From Anaerolineae bacterium (GTDB taxonomy: Bacteria > Chloroflexota > Anaerolineae > CG2-30-64-16), in contig JBBQRS010000009.1 in NCBI GenBank assembly GCA_038214535.1, forward strand, positions 4,176 through 68,175: 64,000 bases of DNA, given 5' to 3'. Made by a program: the position numbers and the translations under genes. The notes below the pieces were generated by a model. It worked only from the letters and a program-made list of their open reading frames with translations, was not told the DNA's origin and searched no databases. This document shows, piece by piece, positions 27,636 to 34,971 of this stretch (positions are counted from its first letter, which is position 1; the number at the start of each line of letters is the position of its first letter).

Positions 27636-29188
27636 TGTGGTGTCATCTTTACGAGTGCTCCGACCGGCTCCTCAATCAGATCCGGCGCGTTGATGTCAAT
27701 CGGGCCGGCGCGATAGACCGGCAGGCGGTTCGCTACATCTGCGACGAAAGCGTCCACATCCGGCGCATCTAAGCCGACGGGCGGCAATACTCCGGGATGG
27801 TGGCTTGCCAGGGTGCGCCGATACCAGGGGAAAGCATACAGCCGGACGTTGACCGGCGTCAAGTCGGGGCGGCGCTGCAAGCCGTAGATGCCGTACCACA
27901 GCGCGAACGTGCGCGCATCTTCCTCAACGAGAATCACGGCGTCCGGCGCGGCCTCGGAGAGCGCGGCGTCGAGAAAGGCTTGCGCACGCATATCGCTGCG
28001 TGCGTCCATCGTCGCGCCGTGCCGCAATACAGAGGCGACCGGCAGGCTCAACAGGAACAGACCGAGCAGGATGCCCGACAGGGTGCGCCCCAACGGGATC
28101 GGCTGTTTACCGTCCGGCGTTCCCGCCGCGAGTTCGGCCAGCCAGTTCAGCCCTTCCGCCAGCCAGAAGGCAATCGCCGTCCACGCGGGGATGAGATACA
28201 GGTACGCGTCCGCCGTGTCGTAACCGATCGCGTAGATGCTGTAGGCGACCACGATGAGCAGGGTGAAACGCTGCCAGAGATGTTCGCGCCGGTCGAGCCG
28301 CCACAGGCCGAGCAACGCAATCAGCGCTCCCCACGGCCCCCCGCCGAACTGCCAGACGAGCTCGCTGCCCCAGGCCGCCACCCGACCGGGAAGCGCGCTC
28401 AGGCTGACGCCGAACATCAGCGGCCGGTAAATCTGCCCGGCGACCACTTGCCAGAACCGGAGTGGTGTGCTCGGGTCGCCCCAGTTCACCGGCGGGTCGG
28501 CGGCCGCGGCAAGGGGCAGATAGAGATAGACGGTCAACCCCAGCGCGGCTGCGGCCGCGGCGCTAAGCCATTCCCGTCTGTGGTCGGCTTGCTTCCGCCG
28601 GGTGTGCCACAGCCAATCGGCAGCCGCGGGGAGCATGAGGAGGGTCGTCAGGTGATTGCCCAGGCTCAGGCCAAATATCAGCCCTGTCGCCGCGGACGAC
28701 CCACGCCACGCGCCGCGCCCCCAGGACCACAGCAACGTCATCAGCGCGACGACCAGCAGGAAGTTCAGCCCGTGTACCTCGGTGATGACGGCCTGGCTCC
28801 ACAGCGCCGGCGATGCGGCCAGACAGAGTGCGGCAGAGAGCGCCACGGGGCCGCGCCAGACCGTCCCGGCCAACACTCGATAGGCGAGCGCCGCGAACAG
28901 ACTGACGCCCAGGGCCGCGCAACCGGCGGAGAGCCAGTTCCCCCAGCGCGCCGTCTCACCGGGCAACCAAGTGATCGCCCGCAATAATATCGCGTAGGTG
29001 GGATATCCGGAGGGATGCGGCACGCCCCTGACGAGCGCGGCTGCAAGGAAGTCGCCACCGTCGGAGCCATGATGCGCCCACGTCAGCCCGGGCGCGAGGG
29101 TTGCCGCATATAGAAGCAAAGCGACCGGCCCTGCAATCAGGGCCGGCCAAATGCCCCGAAGGGCGGAGCGAATCGAGTCGGCGGTCAT
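27632..29188 (-). CDS. DUF2723 (TMEM260-like, GT-C fold) putative protein O-mannosyl/glycosyltransferase.
   Basis: 'LAPGLTWAHHGSDGGDFLAAALVRGVPHPSGYPTY' N-terminal signature of DUF2723. Ten or more TM helices. Confidence 0.7.
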   Translation of the reverse strand: MTADSIRSALRGIWPALIAGPVALLLYAATLAPGLTWAHHGSDGGDFLAAALVRGVPHPSGYPTYAILLRAITWLPGETARWGNWLSAGCAALGVSLFAALAYRVLAGTVWRGPVALSAALCLAASPALWSQAVITEVHGLNFLLVVALMTLLWSWGRGAWRGSSAATGLIFGLSLGNHLTTLLMLPAAADWLWHTRRKQADHRREWLSAAAAAALGLTVYLYLPLAAAADPPVNWGDPSTPLRFWQVVAGQIYRPLMFGVSLSALPGRVAAWGSELVWQFGGGPWGALIALLGLWRLDRREHLWQRFTLLIVVAYSIYAIGYDTADAYLYLIPAWTAIAFWLAEGLNWLAELAAGTPDGKQPIPLGRTLSGILLGLFLLSLPVASVLRHGATMDARSDMRAQAFLDAALSEAAPDAVILVEEDARTFALWYGIYGLQRRPDLTPVNVRLYAFPWYRRTLASHHPGVLPPVGLDAPDVDAFVADVANRLPVYRAGPIDINAPDLIEEPVGALVKMTPQ

Positions 29189-29203
29189 ACTCTGAGGCAG
29201 ACC

Positions 29204-29890
29204 CTAACGGGGTCTGCCCGGATCGGCCCACGCGCCGCCCACCGGCGGCAGTTCCACCGGCGGCCAGATCAGGATCGCCTGCGCCACGGCCACGCTGCCG
29301 CCCGCCGCCGTTGCCTTTGCCACGTTCGTCAGTTCAGGCCCTGAGCCCGGAACCGGCCCTGCCAGTGCTGAGAAGCGAATCGTGTATTCGCCACCCGGCG
29401 GCAGCACGGCCACCTGCGCGCGGAGGGTGCGGCCATCCCATGCCGCGTCGCGACCTTCCAGCACCACGCCCGGCTCCAACCCCGGCGGCAGGGTATCTTC
29501 GAGCGAGATGCCCTGCAACGAGGTCGCGCCCTGGTTGCTGAGCGTCAGGGTGAAACCCACGGTCTCCCCCGGCCAAATCTGCCGGTGGTCGGCCCGTTTC
29601 TGAAGCACGAGTTGCGCGCCTTGCGCAGGCGCGATCGGGACGATGGGGGCGACGGTTGCGCCCGGCGCGACGGTCACACCCGGCGCGGGGGTTGCGCCCG
29701 GTGCCGGCGGCTGCCCGGGATCGGGCTTATCGGGGTCGGGCCGCTCCGGCGGCTCTGGAGGCTTGGGCGGTACAGTCTGGTTCGCCGGGCTTTGACCTGG
29801 TGTGGCCCATACGACCGGGCCGGACAGCGCCACGCCGACCAGCGCGACGGCCACCAACCCATAAATGATCCATTTCTTACTTCGTCCCAT
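29204..29890 (-). CDS. Membrane-anchored DUF11 (conserved repeat domain) surface protein with a Pro-rich stalk.
   Basis: N-terminal TM, 'PPKPPEPPERPDPDKPDPGQPP' linker, and 'GETVGFTLTLSNQGATSLQGISLEDTLPPGL' DUF11-type repeat. Confidence 0.6.
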   Translation of the reverse strand: MGRSKKWIIYGLVAVALVGVALSGPVVWATPGQSPANQTVPPKPPEPPERPDPDKPDPGQPPAPGATPAPGVTVAPGATVAPIVPIAPAQGAQLVLQKRADHRQIWPGETVGFTLTLSNQGATSLQGISLEDTLPPGLEPGVVLEGRDAAWDGRTLRAQVAVLPPGGEYTIRFSALAGPVPGSGPELTNVAKATAAGGSVAVAQAILIWPPVELPPVGGAWADPGRPR

Positions 29891-29945
29891 CGGATCCTCC
29901 CAGGCCGGAAAGGCATGACGTGCTCCGGCGGGTAGTTACACACCA

Positions 29946-30010
29946 CTTTGTAGTGACGGCTTCAGCCGTTGTCGTGCCCCCCCAAAACGGCTGAAGCCGT
30001 CACTACAAAG
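29946..30010. repeat. Nested palindromic intergenic repeat, copy 2, with perfect 24-bp arms.
   Basis: CTTTGTAGTGACGGCTTCAGCCGT, 16-nt spacer, ACGGCTGAAGCCGTCACTACAAAG. Lies between the stop of the flippase-like gene and the start of the DUF11 gene. In minus orientation the inner hairpin is followed by TTTTGGGGGGG. Confidence 0.75.
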
Positions 30011-30044
30011 GAGAGCGACGCACAGTTTTTGGATAGATTCTAAG

Positions 30045-31082
30045 TTATGGTTGCGTATCGAGCGTCCCCGGCAAGTCTGCCGTCGCCTCGCGGAGACGGC
30101 GGAGGTTCAGGCTGCGCGCCCACAGCGCAAGGGCTGCCCAGACGCCAATCGTTCCAAAAGCAATCGCATAGAGCACGACGCCGTAACTGAAGCTCGCCGC
30201 TTCGGGCACGCCGAAAACGGACAGCGCCGCCACACAGAGATACTGAAAAACGCCGATCTTGCCCGGCGTCGAAGGGATCGCCACGCCCCCCTGCAAGACG
30301 ACCAGCAGGAACACCGCGATCAGAAACGACGGCGGCAGCCCAAACGCCAACAACAGGAACCAGTTCGTGAGCGCCGACAGCAGCCAAGCGATCACCGTCC
30401 AGCCCCAGATCGCCGGCGCCGGTCTGCCCGCGCTGAGCACCGCTAATCCATCCATGAGCGACCGCAAACGGCCTTCCCAGCGCACCGCGAGGGTGGGAGA
30501 GAGCCGGTTCAACGCCCGCTGCATCAGCGCCAGCCACAATCGCCGGCCCGCCAGGAACACCGCAATCGCCAGCCCCACGGCGACGGCCATCACCAGCACC
30601 GGCGTCGTCCGCAGGGTGAACCGCTCGGGCAGCGCGACCAGCGGAACCAGCGCCGCGACCAGCACGGCCAGCATCACCAGATCGAGCAGCTTCTCGGCGG
30701 CAATCGTCCCAAAGACGTAGGATTTGTTAATGCCGGTTTCTTCGCCGCCCAGATATGTGCGGGCAAGCTCGCCGAAACGCCCCGGTACGATCAAATTGAC
30801 CGCCTGGCCGATCACCAGGGGGCCGCTCAACGCCAGGGTGCTCGCTTCAACCTGTTTCGGATAGAACAGCCAGCGCCAGCGCACGGTCTTTGCCAGCGGC
30901 GTCAACACGGTCGCCCCGACGGCCAGAAGCACGTAGAGCGGTTGAATCGTGCCGAGAACGGCCCATACCTGCCGCAAGTCAGTGTTGCGCGCCGCCAGCG
31001 CAAGCACCATCAGGCCCAGCGCCAGCCCAATCCAGGTGCGGATGCCGAACAGAGGACCCCGGCGCGCCCCCGCAGACGCCAT
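30045..31082 (-). CDS. Flippase-like UPF0104 / LPG_synthase_TM-domain membrane protein.
   Basis: Eight TM helices. 'WRWLFYPKQVEASTLALSGPLVIGQAVNLIVPGRFGELAR' is typical of PF03706. Confidence 0.65.
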   Translation of the reverse strand: MASAGARRGPLFGIRTWIGLALGLMVLALAARNTDLRQVWAVLGTIQPLYVLLAVGATVLTPLAKTVRWRWLFYPKQVEASTLALSGPLVIGQAVNLIVPGRFGELARTYLGGEETGINKSYVFGTIAAEKLLDLVMLAVLVAALVPLVALPERFTLRTTPVLVMAVAVGLAIAVFLAGRRLWLALMQRALNRLSPTLAVRWEGRLRSLMDGLAVLSAGRPAPAIWGWTVIAWLLSALTNWFLLLAFGLPPSFLIAVFLLVVLQGGVAIPSTPGKIGVFQYLCVAALSVFGVPEAASFSYGVVLYAIAFGTIGVWAALALWARSLNLRRLREATADLPGTLDTQP

Positions 31083-31097
31083 CAGGTTCAGTTGAAC

Positions 31098-31910
31098 CTA
31101 TTGCGCCGGAACCGGGCGGGCGATGACCACGAGACGATGTGTATTGTTCCACGGCGGCCAGCAGGTGATGATCGTCACCCGCTCGTCATCCGTCGGATTC
31201 ATGAAACGCGCGTTCGCCATCCGTTGTTCGGCGGACACACCCGTATCGCGCAGCCGATAGAACTCCTCGATCTGATAATCTACTTCCTGGCCGTCCGCGC
31301 CGAAAAGTTGCACAGTGCGACCATTCAAGACGTCGGAGCGATCCGTGAATTTGTCCACGGCGACCCGCGTGTCGTTGTTCCACGACTTGCTGATGGACTC
31401 GAACACCTTGCTGTAGATGTTGTTGTGGCCGGAGATCACTAGGTTGCCCTGCTCACCCAGCGACGCGCTGTTGATGTGATGGCCGGCCTCGATCTTCGGG
31501 ATCACCCATTCCGAAACCGGACCGTTGGCCGTATCCACCACGCGCCAACTCATCGGGATCACTGGCGTATCAATCTTCAGGTCGGGGATGACCAGCCGCA
31601 CGGGGGGCTGAAGAACCACCGGCGCGGACGTTGCGGTCGGCTCGACCGTCGGTTCTACCGGCTCAGCCGTGGCCGTAGGCGCTTCCGCGAGGGCGGCCTC
31701 TGTAGGCACGGGTGAAGGTTCGGGCGCGACCGTCGAGGTCGGGGGCGGCGTGCGCGAAGGCACGACGACCACTGCGGTGGGATCGCTGGCGGCTTGCGCG
31801 GCAGCCGCGTCGGGCGGCGTCCCGGTCTGGCAGCCGGCGATCAGCAGCGCGCTGACCAGCATCGCAGCCGCCCATTGAGTGATACGAAGATTGACGTGAG
31901 AACGCAACAT
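31098..31910 (-). CDS. Sortase-family transpeptidase (class E/F-like), membrane anchored.
   Basis: N-terminal TM plus Pro/Ala linker. 'GNLVISGHNN' (His), 'RVTIITCWP' (Cys) and downstream 'RLVVIARP' (Arg). Confidence 0.75.
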   Translation of the reverse strand: MLRSHVNLRITQWAAAMLVSALLIAGCQTGTPPDAAAAQAASDPTAVVVVPSRTPPPTSTVAPEPSPVPTEAALAEAPTATAEPVEPTVEPTATSAPVVLQPPVRLVIPDLKIDTPVIPMSWRVVDTANGPVSEWVIPKIEAGHHINSASLGEQGNLVISGHNNIYSKVFESISKSWNNDTRVAVDKFTDRSDVLNGRTVQLFGADGQEVDYQIEEFYRLRDTGVSAEQRMANARFMNPTDDERVTIITCWPPWNNTHRLVVIARPVPAQ

Positions 31911-32025
31911 AGAAATATCCTTGGAAGTGCGATGAAAGGGGCGCGACCCGGCGCTTTAGCATTGCGCGCCCGCCAGCAACGAGTATAGCACCAACGCGGC
32001 ATTCCCGCAATATCGAAATTGGTAC

Positions 32026-32054
32026 TTGACATCGAACACCCGTTCTGATATGAT
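32026..32054 (+). promoter_or_regulatory. Consensus sigma70 promoter of lexA: TTGACA, 17-nt spacer, TATGAT.
   Basis: TTGACA at 32026-32031 and TATGAT at 32049-32054. A LexA box lies in the spacer. Confidence 0.6.
32034..32045. promoter_or_regulatory. LexA (Cheo-type) box 1: GAACACCCGTTC, inside the lexA promoter spacer.
   Basis: GAAC-N4-GTTC palindrome of the Gram-positive-type SOS box class. Confidence 0.55.
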
Positions 32055-32061
32055 GCATTCA

Positions 32062-32073
32062 GAACATTCGTTC
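32062..32073. promoter_or_regulatory. LexA (Cheo-type) box 2: GAACATTCGTTC, just downstream of the -10 element.
   Basis: Second GAAC-N4-GTTC palindrome, 8 nt after the -10 hexamer. Confidence 0.55.
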
Positions 32074-32112
32074 GCGACGCCGACGACACATACCTGCGTC
32101 GAGGAGATCAAG

Positions 32113-32829
32113 ATGGCATTTACCCGCATGACACAAATTAGCGAGCAACTGACCGAAATCGAGGCGCGCGTCCTGTGCTACCTCGAACAGACTCTGCGGC
32201 CCGGTTTCTGCCCCAGCCGTGAGGAACTCAGCCGCGCCGCCGGGCTGGGCAGCCGCGGCTACCACATCAATCAGGTCTTGAAAAGCCTGGATGAGAAGGA
32301 ATTCATCGAGCTGACGCCGGGCCGGTCGCGTTCGATCGCCCTGTTGCGCCGCGCCGATGGCCGACCCTTCAGCTTCAACACCATTTGGGCGCCGGTGGCG
32401 GGCATCATCGGGGCGAGCTGGCCCCGCGACACCGCGACCGAGGATGACAATGTCTTCGCCGATGAGGCCGTGGAGTTGACCCGCAGCCTGGTCGGCGGGC
32501 ACGAAGATGTCGTCACGCTGCGCGTATCGGGCGACTCCATGATCGAGGCCGCCATCAACGACGGCGATCTGGTGGTGATCTCTCCATCGGATGAGATTCG
32601 CAACGGCGATCTGGTGGCGGCGAACGTCAAAGGCGTGGGCCGCACGTTGAAATACTTCTATCGGCATAACGACAACGTGGAGTTGCGCCCGGCGAATGCG
32701 AAGATGAAGCTGGATCCGATGATCTATCATCCGAACCTGGTGCGCATCGAGGGCAAGGTACTGCTCGTCATTCGCCAGGTCACGGCTCCGGCAGATGGCC
32801 GGGCATCGCTGAATCTGATCGCCGCGTGA
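32113..32829 (+). CDS. lexA: LexA repressor (wHTH plus S24 peptidase domain).
   Basis: N-terminal wHTH collinear with E. coli LexA. 'VSGDSM' catalytic Ser and a downstream Lys (TLKYF). Start at MAFTRM. Confidence 0.9.
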   Translation: MAFTRMTQISEQLTEIEARVLCYLEQTLRPGFCPSREELSRAAGLGSRGYHINQVLKSLDEKEFIELTPGRSRSIALLRRADGRPFSFNTIWAPVAGIIGASWPRDTATEDDNVFADEAVELTRSLVGGHEDVVTLRVSGDSMIEAAINDGDLVVISPSDEIRNGDLVAANVKGVGRTLKYFYRHNDNVELRPANAKMKLDPMIYHPNLVRIEGKVLLVIRQVTAPADGRASLNLIAA

Positions 32830-32868
32830 GCGCCGCTCCTCCAGGAGCGCCATCCTTCCTGCCGGAGT

Positions 32869-33960
32869 TTGACCATGGCTCGCAAATACGATATGCAGGC
32901 CGCCCGCATCGAATCGGTGCTGGGCGCGCACAAAGTGCCCGCCCGTGTCTGGCAGGCGACCATTACGCCGCGCTTCGTGCGGTTTGACGTGACGACGGCG
33001 ATCGGCACGAAAATCAACAAGGTGAGCAATCTGGCCGAGGAACTGGCGTTCTCGCTGGGCGCGCGCAGCACGCGCGTCTATCGTGAGGGCGGAATGCTGC
33101 ACGTGGAGGTGCCGCGCGATGCGCCGCGAACCGTCGAGCTCCTGGAACTGTGCGGCGGGTTAAGCACCGTACCGCCTAACTGCGCCGTGCTCGGCATTGA
33201 TGAGGGGGGGCTCCCTTTGCTGCTCAGGCTCGATAGCCCGGACGTGGCGCACGTCCTTCTGGCCGGCACGACGGGCAGCGGCAAGACGGCGCTCTTGCGC
33301 ACGTTGCTGGTTTCGCTGGCAATGCACAACCATCCCGGTCGCCTCCAGGTCGTCCTGATTGATCCCAAGGCGCGGGGGCTGACGGCGCTCTCTGCGTTGC
33401 CGCACGTCTGGCGAGGGCAGGGCGTCGTCCACGATGTGGCGGAGGCGGGCGAAGTGCTGGATGTCCTCGTCGCCGAGATGAGCCGGCGCGATGTGGCCCG
33501 CGTGTCGCTGCCGCGGCTGGTGGTGGCGATTGACGAACTCGCGGATCTCCTCGTGACCGGGGGCAAGTCGTTGGCCGATGCCGTGACGCGGCTGACCCAA
33601 CGTGGCCGTGAGGCGGGTATCCACGTGGTGGCTGCCACGCAGCGGCCTTCGTCGGCCCTCGTCGGCGGCATGATGAAGGCGAACTTCCCGGTGCGGCTGG
33701 TGGGCAGCGTCGCCAGCCCCGAAGATGCAAAGGTCGCATCGGGGCTGGCCGGCACGGAAGCGGAACGGCTTCTGGGCCGCGGCGATTTTCTGCTGGTCGC
33801 CAAGGGGCAGACCATCCGGTTTCAGGCCGCCTATGCGGCCACCCCTGAACTGGAGGGCATTCTGAATCGCATCCGGGCCGGGGGGCGTAAGCGACGGTCG
33901 TGGCGGCCTGAATCCGAGAGCCGCGGCGTGCGGCGGCTGGCGGCAGGTAGACCGTCATGA
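32869..33960 (+). CDS. Soluble FtsK/SpoIIIE-family ATPase carrying the motor alpha/beta domains only, with no TM domain and no gamma domain.
   Basis: 'LLAGTTGSGKTALLRT' Walker A and 'VVAIDELADL' Walker B. 'IHVVAATQRPS' and 'LLGRGDFL' parallel ftsK motifs 'IHLVIATQRPS' and 'LLGRGDML'. No hydrophobic N-terminus. Confidence 0.85.
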   Translation: MTMARKYDMQAARIESVLGAHKVPARVWQATITPRFVRFDVTTAIGTKINKVSNLAEELAFSLGARSTRVYREGGMLHVEVPRDAPRTVELLELCGGLSTVPPNCAVLGIDEGGLPLLLRLDSPDVAHVLLAGTTGSGKTALLRTLLVSLAMHNHPGRLQVVLIDPKARGLTALSALPHVWRGQGVVHDVAEAGEVLDVLVAEMSRRDVARVSLPRLVVAIDELADLLVTGGKSLADAVTRLTQRGREAGIHVVAATQRPSSALVGGMMKANFPVRLVGSVASPEDAKVASGLAGTEAERLLGRGDFLLVAKGQTIRFQAAYAATPELEGILNRIRAGGRKRRSWRPESESRGVRRLAAGRPS

Positions 33961-34325
33961 AGAAGATCATCATCCCCGTCATGCTGGGTTTTGGCGTGGC
34001 AATGGCGCTGATCATCGGCCAGCGGATGAGCACCGACGCGATGGCCGTCGTGATCGGGGTCGTCGTCGGGGTGGCGTCGAGCGTGCCGACGAGCATCCTG
34101 TTGATGGCGCTGTTGCGGCGTGAGCGCGCCGGCATGACGAGTTGGCGACAGGAAGCGCCGCCTCCGCCACAAATCCAGACGCCGAATTTCATCGTCCTGA
34201 ACCCATCTGATCTGGTGAATGGACGGACCTCGCAGATGCAGGTTCCCATGCCGCCGCCCAACTATGGGATGGATGGCGGCCTACGCCGGCTGCGCGTCGT
34301 CGGCGACGAGGACGAGTGGAGCTAA
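33957..34325 (+). CDS. Small membrane protein with two N-terminal TM helices and a Pro-rich C-terminus.
   Basis: 'IIIPVMLGFGVAMALIIG' and 'AVVIGVVVGVASSVPTSILLMALL' helices. ATGA start overlaps the upstream stop, indicating translational coupling. Confidence 0.6.
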   Translation: MKKIIIPVMLGFGVAMALIIGQRMSTDAMAVVIGVVVGVASSVPTSILLMALLRRERAGMTSWRQEAPPPPQIQTPNFIVLNPSDLVNGRTSQMQVPMPPPNYGMDGGLRRLRVVGDEDEWS

Positions 34326-34365
34326 CCACGCCCCCAAGAGGGCGTTTGATTTCTAAGGAGTCCTC

Positions 34366-34722
34366 ATGCTAAACAAAGACACGAATCCGGTGCAGATCTC
34401 GGTCCGCCCCGATGGGTTCACGCCGCAAGCATTTCGATGGGAAGACAGACTGGTGCGGGTGCTGGCGGTGGAGCGCATCCGCACTTTCGGCACGGAGCGG
34501 CGTTACCGCGTGGTCACTGCCGAGGGTCGCTTCGAACTGAGTTACTATGCCGATGCCGGACTGTGGTATGTGCGGTGCAGCCCGACGCGGCTGGGGCGCG
34601 CCCTGTGCCGGTGGGAGGCCACGCCACGCTACGCCTTGCCGATGTGGCGGCGACGCGCGCATCGCCGACCGGCAGGAAGGATCAAGGGGGCGCGAAATGC
34701 AGATGGGCTTGCTCTGGTTTGA
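34366..34722 (+). CDS. Hypothetical protein of 118 aa.
   Basis: ORF with coding-like composition in operon context. Its Arg-rich C-terminal tail overlaps the next ORF, so the true end is uncertain. Confidence 0.4.
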   Translation: MLNKDTNPVQISVRPDGFTPQAFRWEDRLVRVLAVERIRTFGTERRYRVVTAEGRFELSYYADAGLWYVRCSPTRLGRALCRWEATPRYALPMWRRRAHRRPAGRIKGARNADGLALV

Positions 34723-34960
34723 CAGCGACCCCGGTCGCGATGTGATCGCCAAGGCGCGGGATGCGGCGCGACGTTACCGCGAGAAATTCGGCGCACTGCC
34801 CGATACCTGTTATGTCAATATTGATGCGCTGACCGGGGCACAGTTCATCGAGTTAGAGGGGGCCGGAGGGCCGACGTTGCGCGTGGTTCCGGCGGACAAC
34901 ATCCTGGCGCATCACTTCTGGGTGGGGGTCGAGGAACGGCGGGAGCCCAGCGCGGCGTAG
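34697..34960 (+). CDS. Hypothetical protein of 87 aa.
   Basis: ATG at 34697 preceded by AAGGGGG. 'MQMGLLWFDSDPGRDVIAKARDAARRYREKFG...'. Confidence 0.4.
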   Translation: MQMGLLWFDSDPGRDVIAKARDAARRYREKFGALPDTCYVNIDALTGAQFIELEGAGGPTLRVVPADNILAHHFWVGVEERREPSAA

Positions 34961-34971
34961 AGTCGGACGCG

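Noticed and set aside
32113-34960. Interpretation of the lexA / FtsK-like / small membrane protein region as a remnant actinomycete-type conjugative element (S24 repressor, TraB-like FtsK pump, Spd-like membrane proteins).
   Set aside because: The repressor is a full LexA collinear with the canonical protein and sits behind its own twin SOS boxes. No integrase, replication initiator or att repeats are present. Flanking genes (sortase locus, holA) are chromosomal. A chromosomal SOS module is the more parsimonious reading, though a TraB-like origin of the ATPase cannot be excluded without phylogeny.
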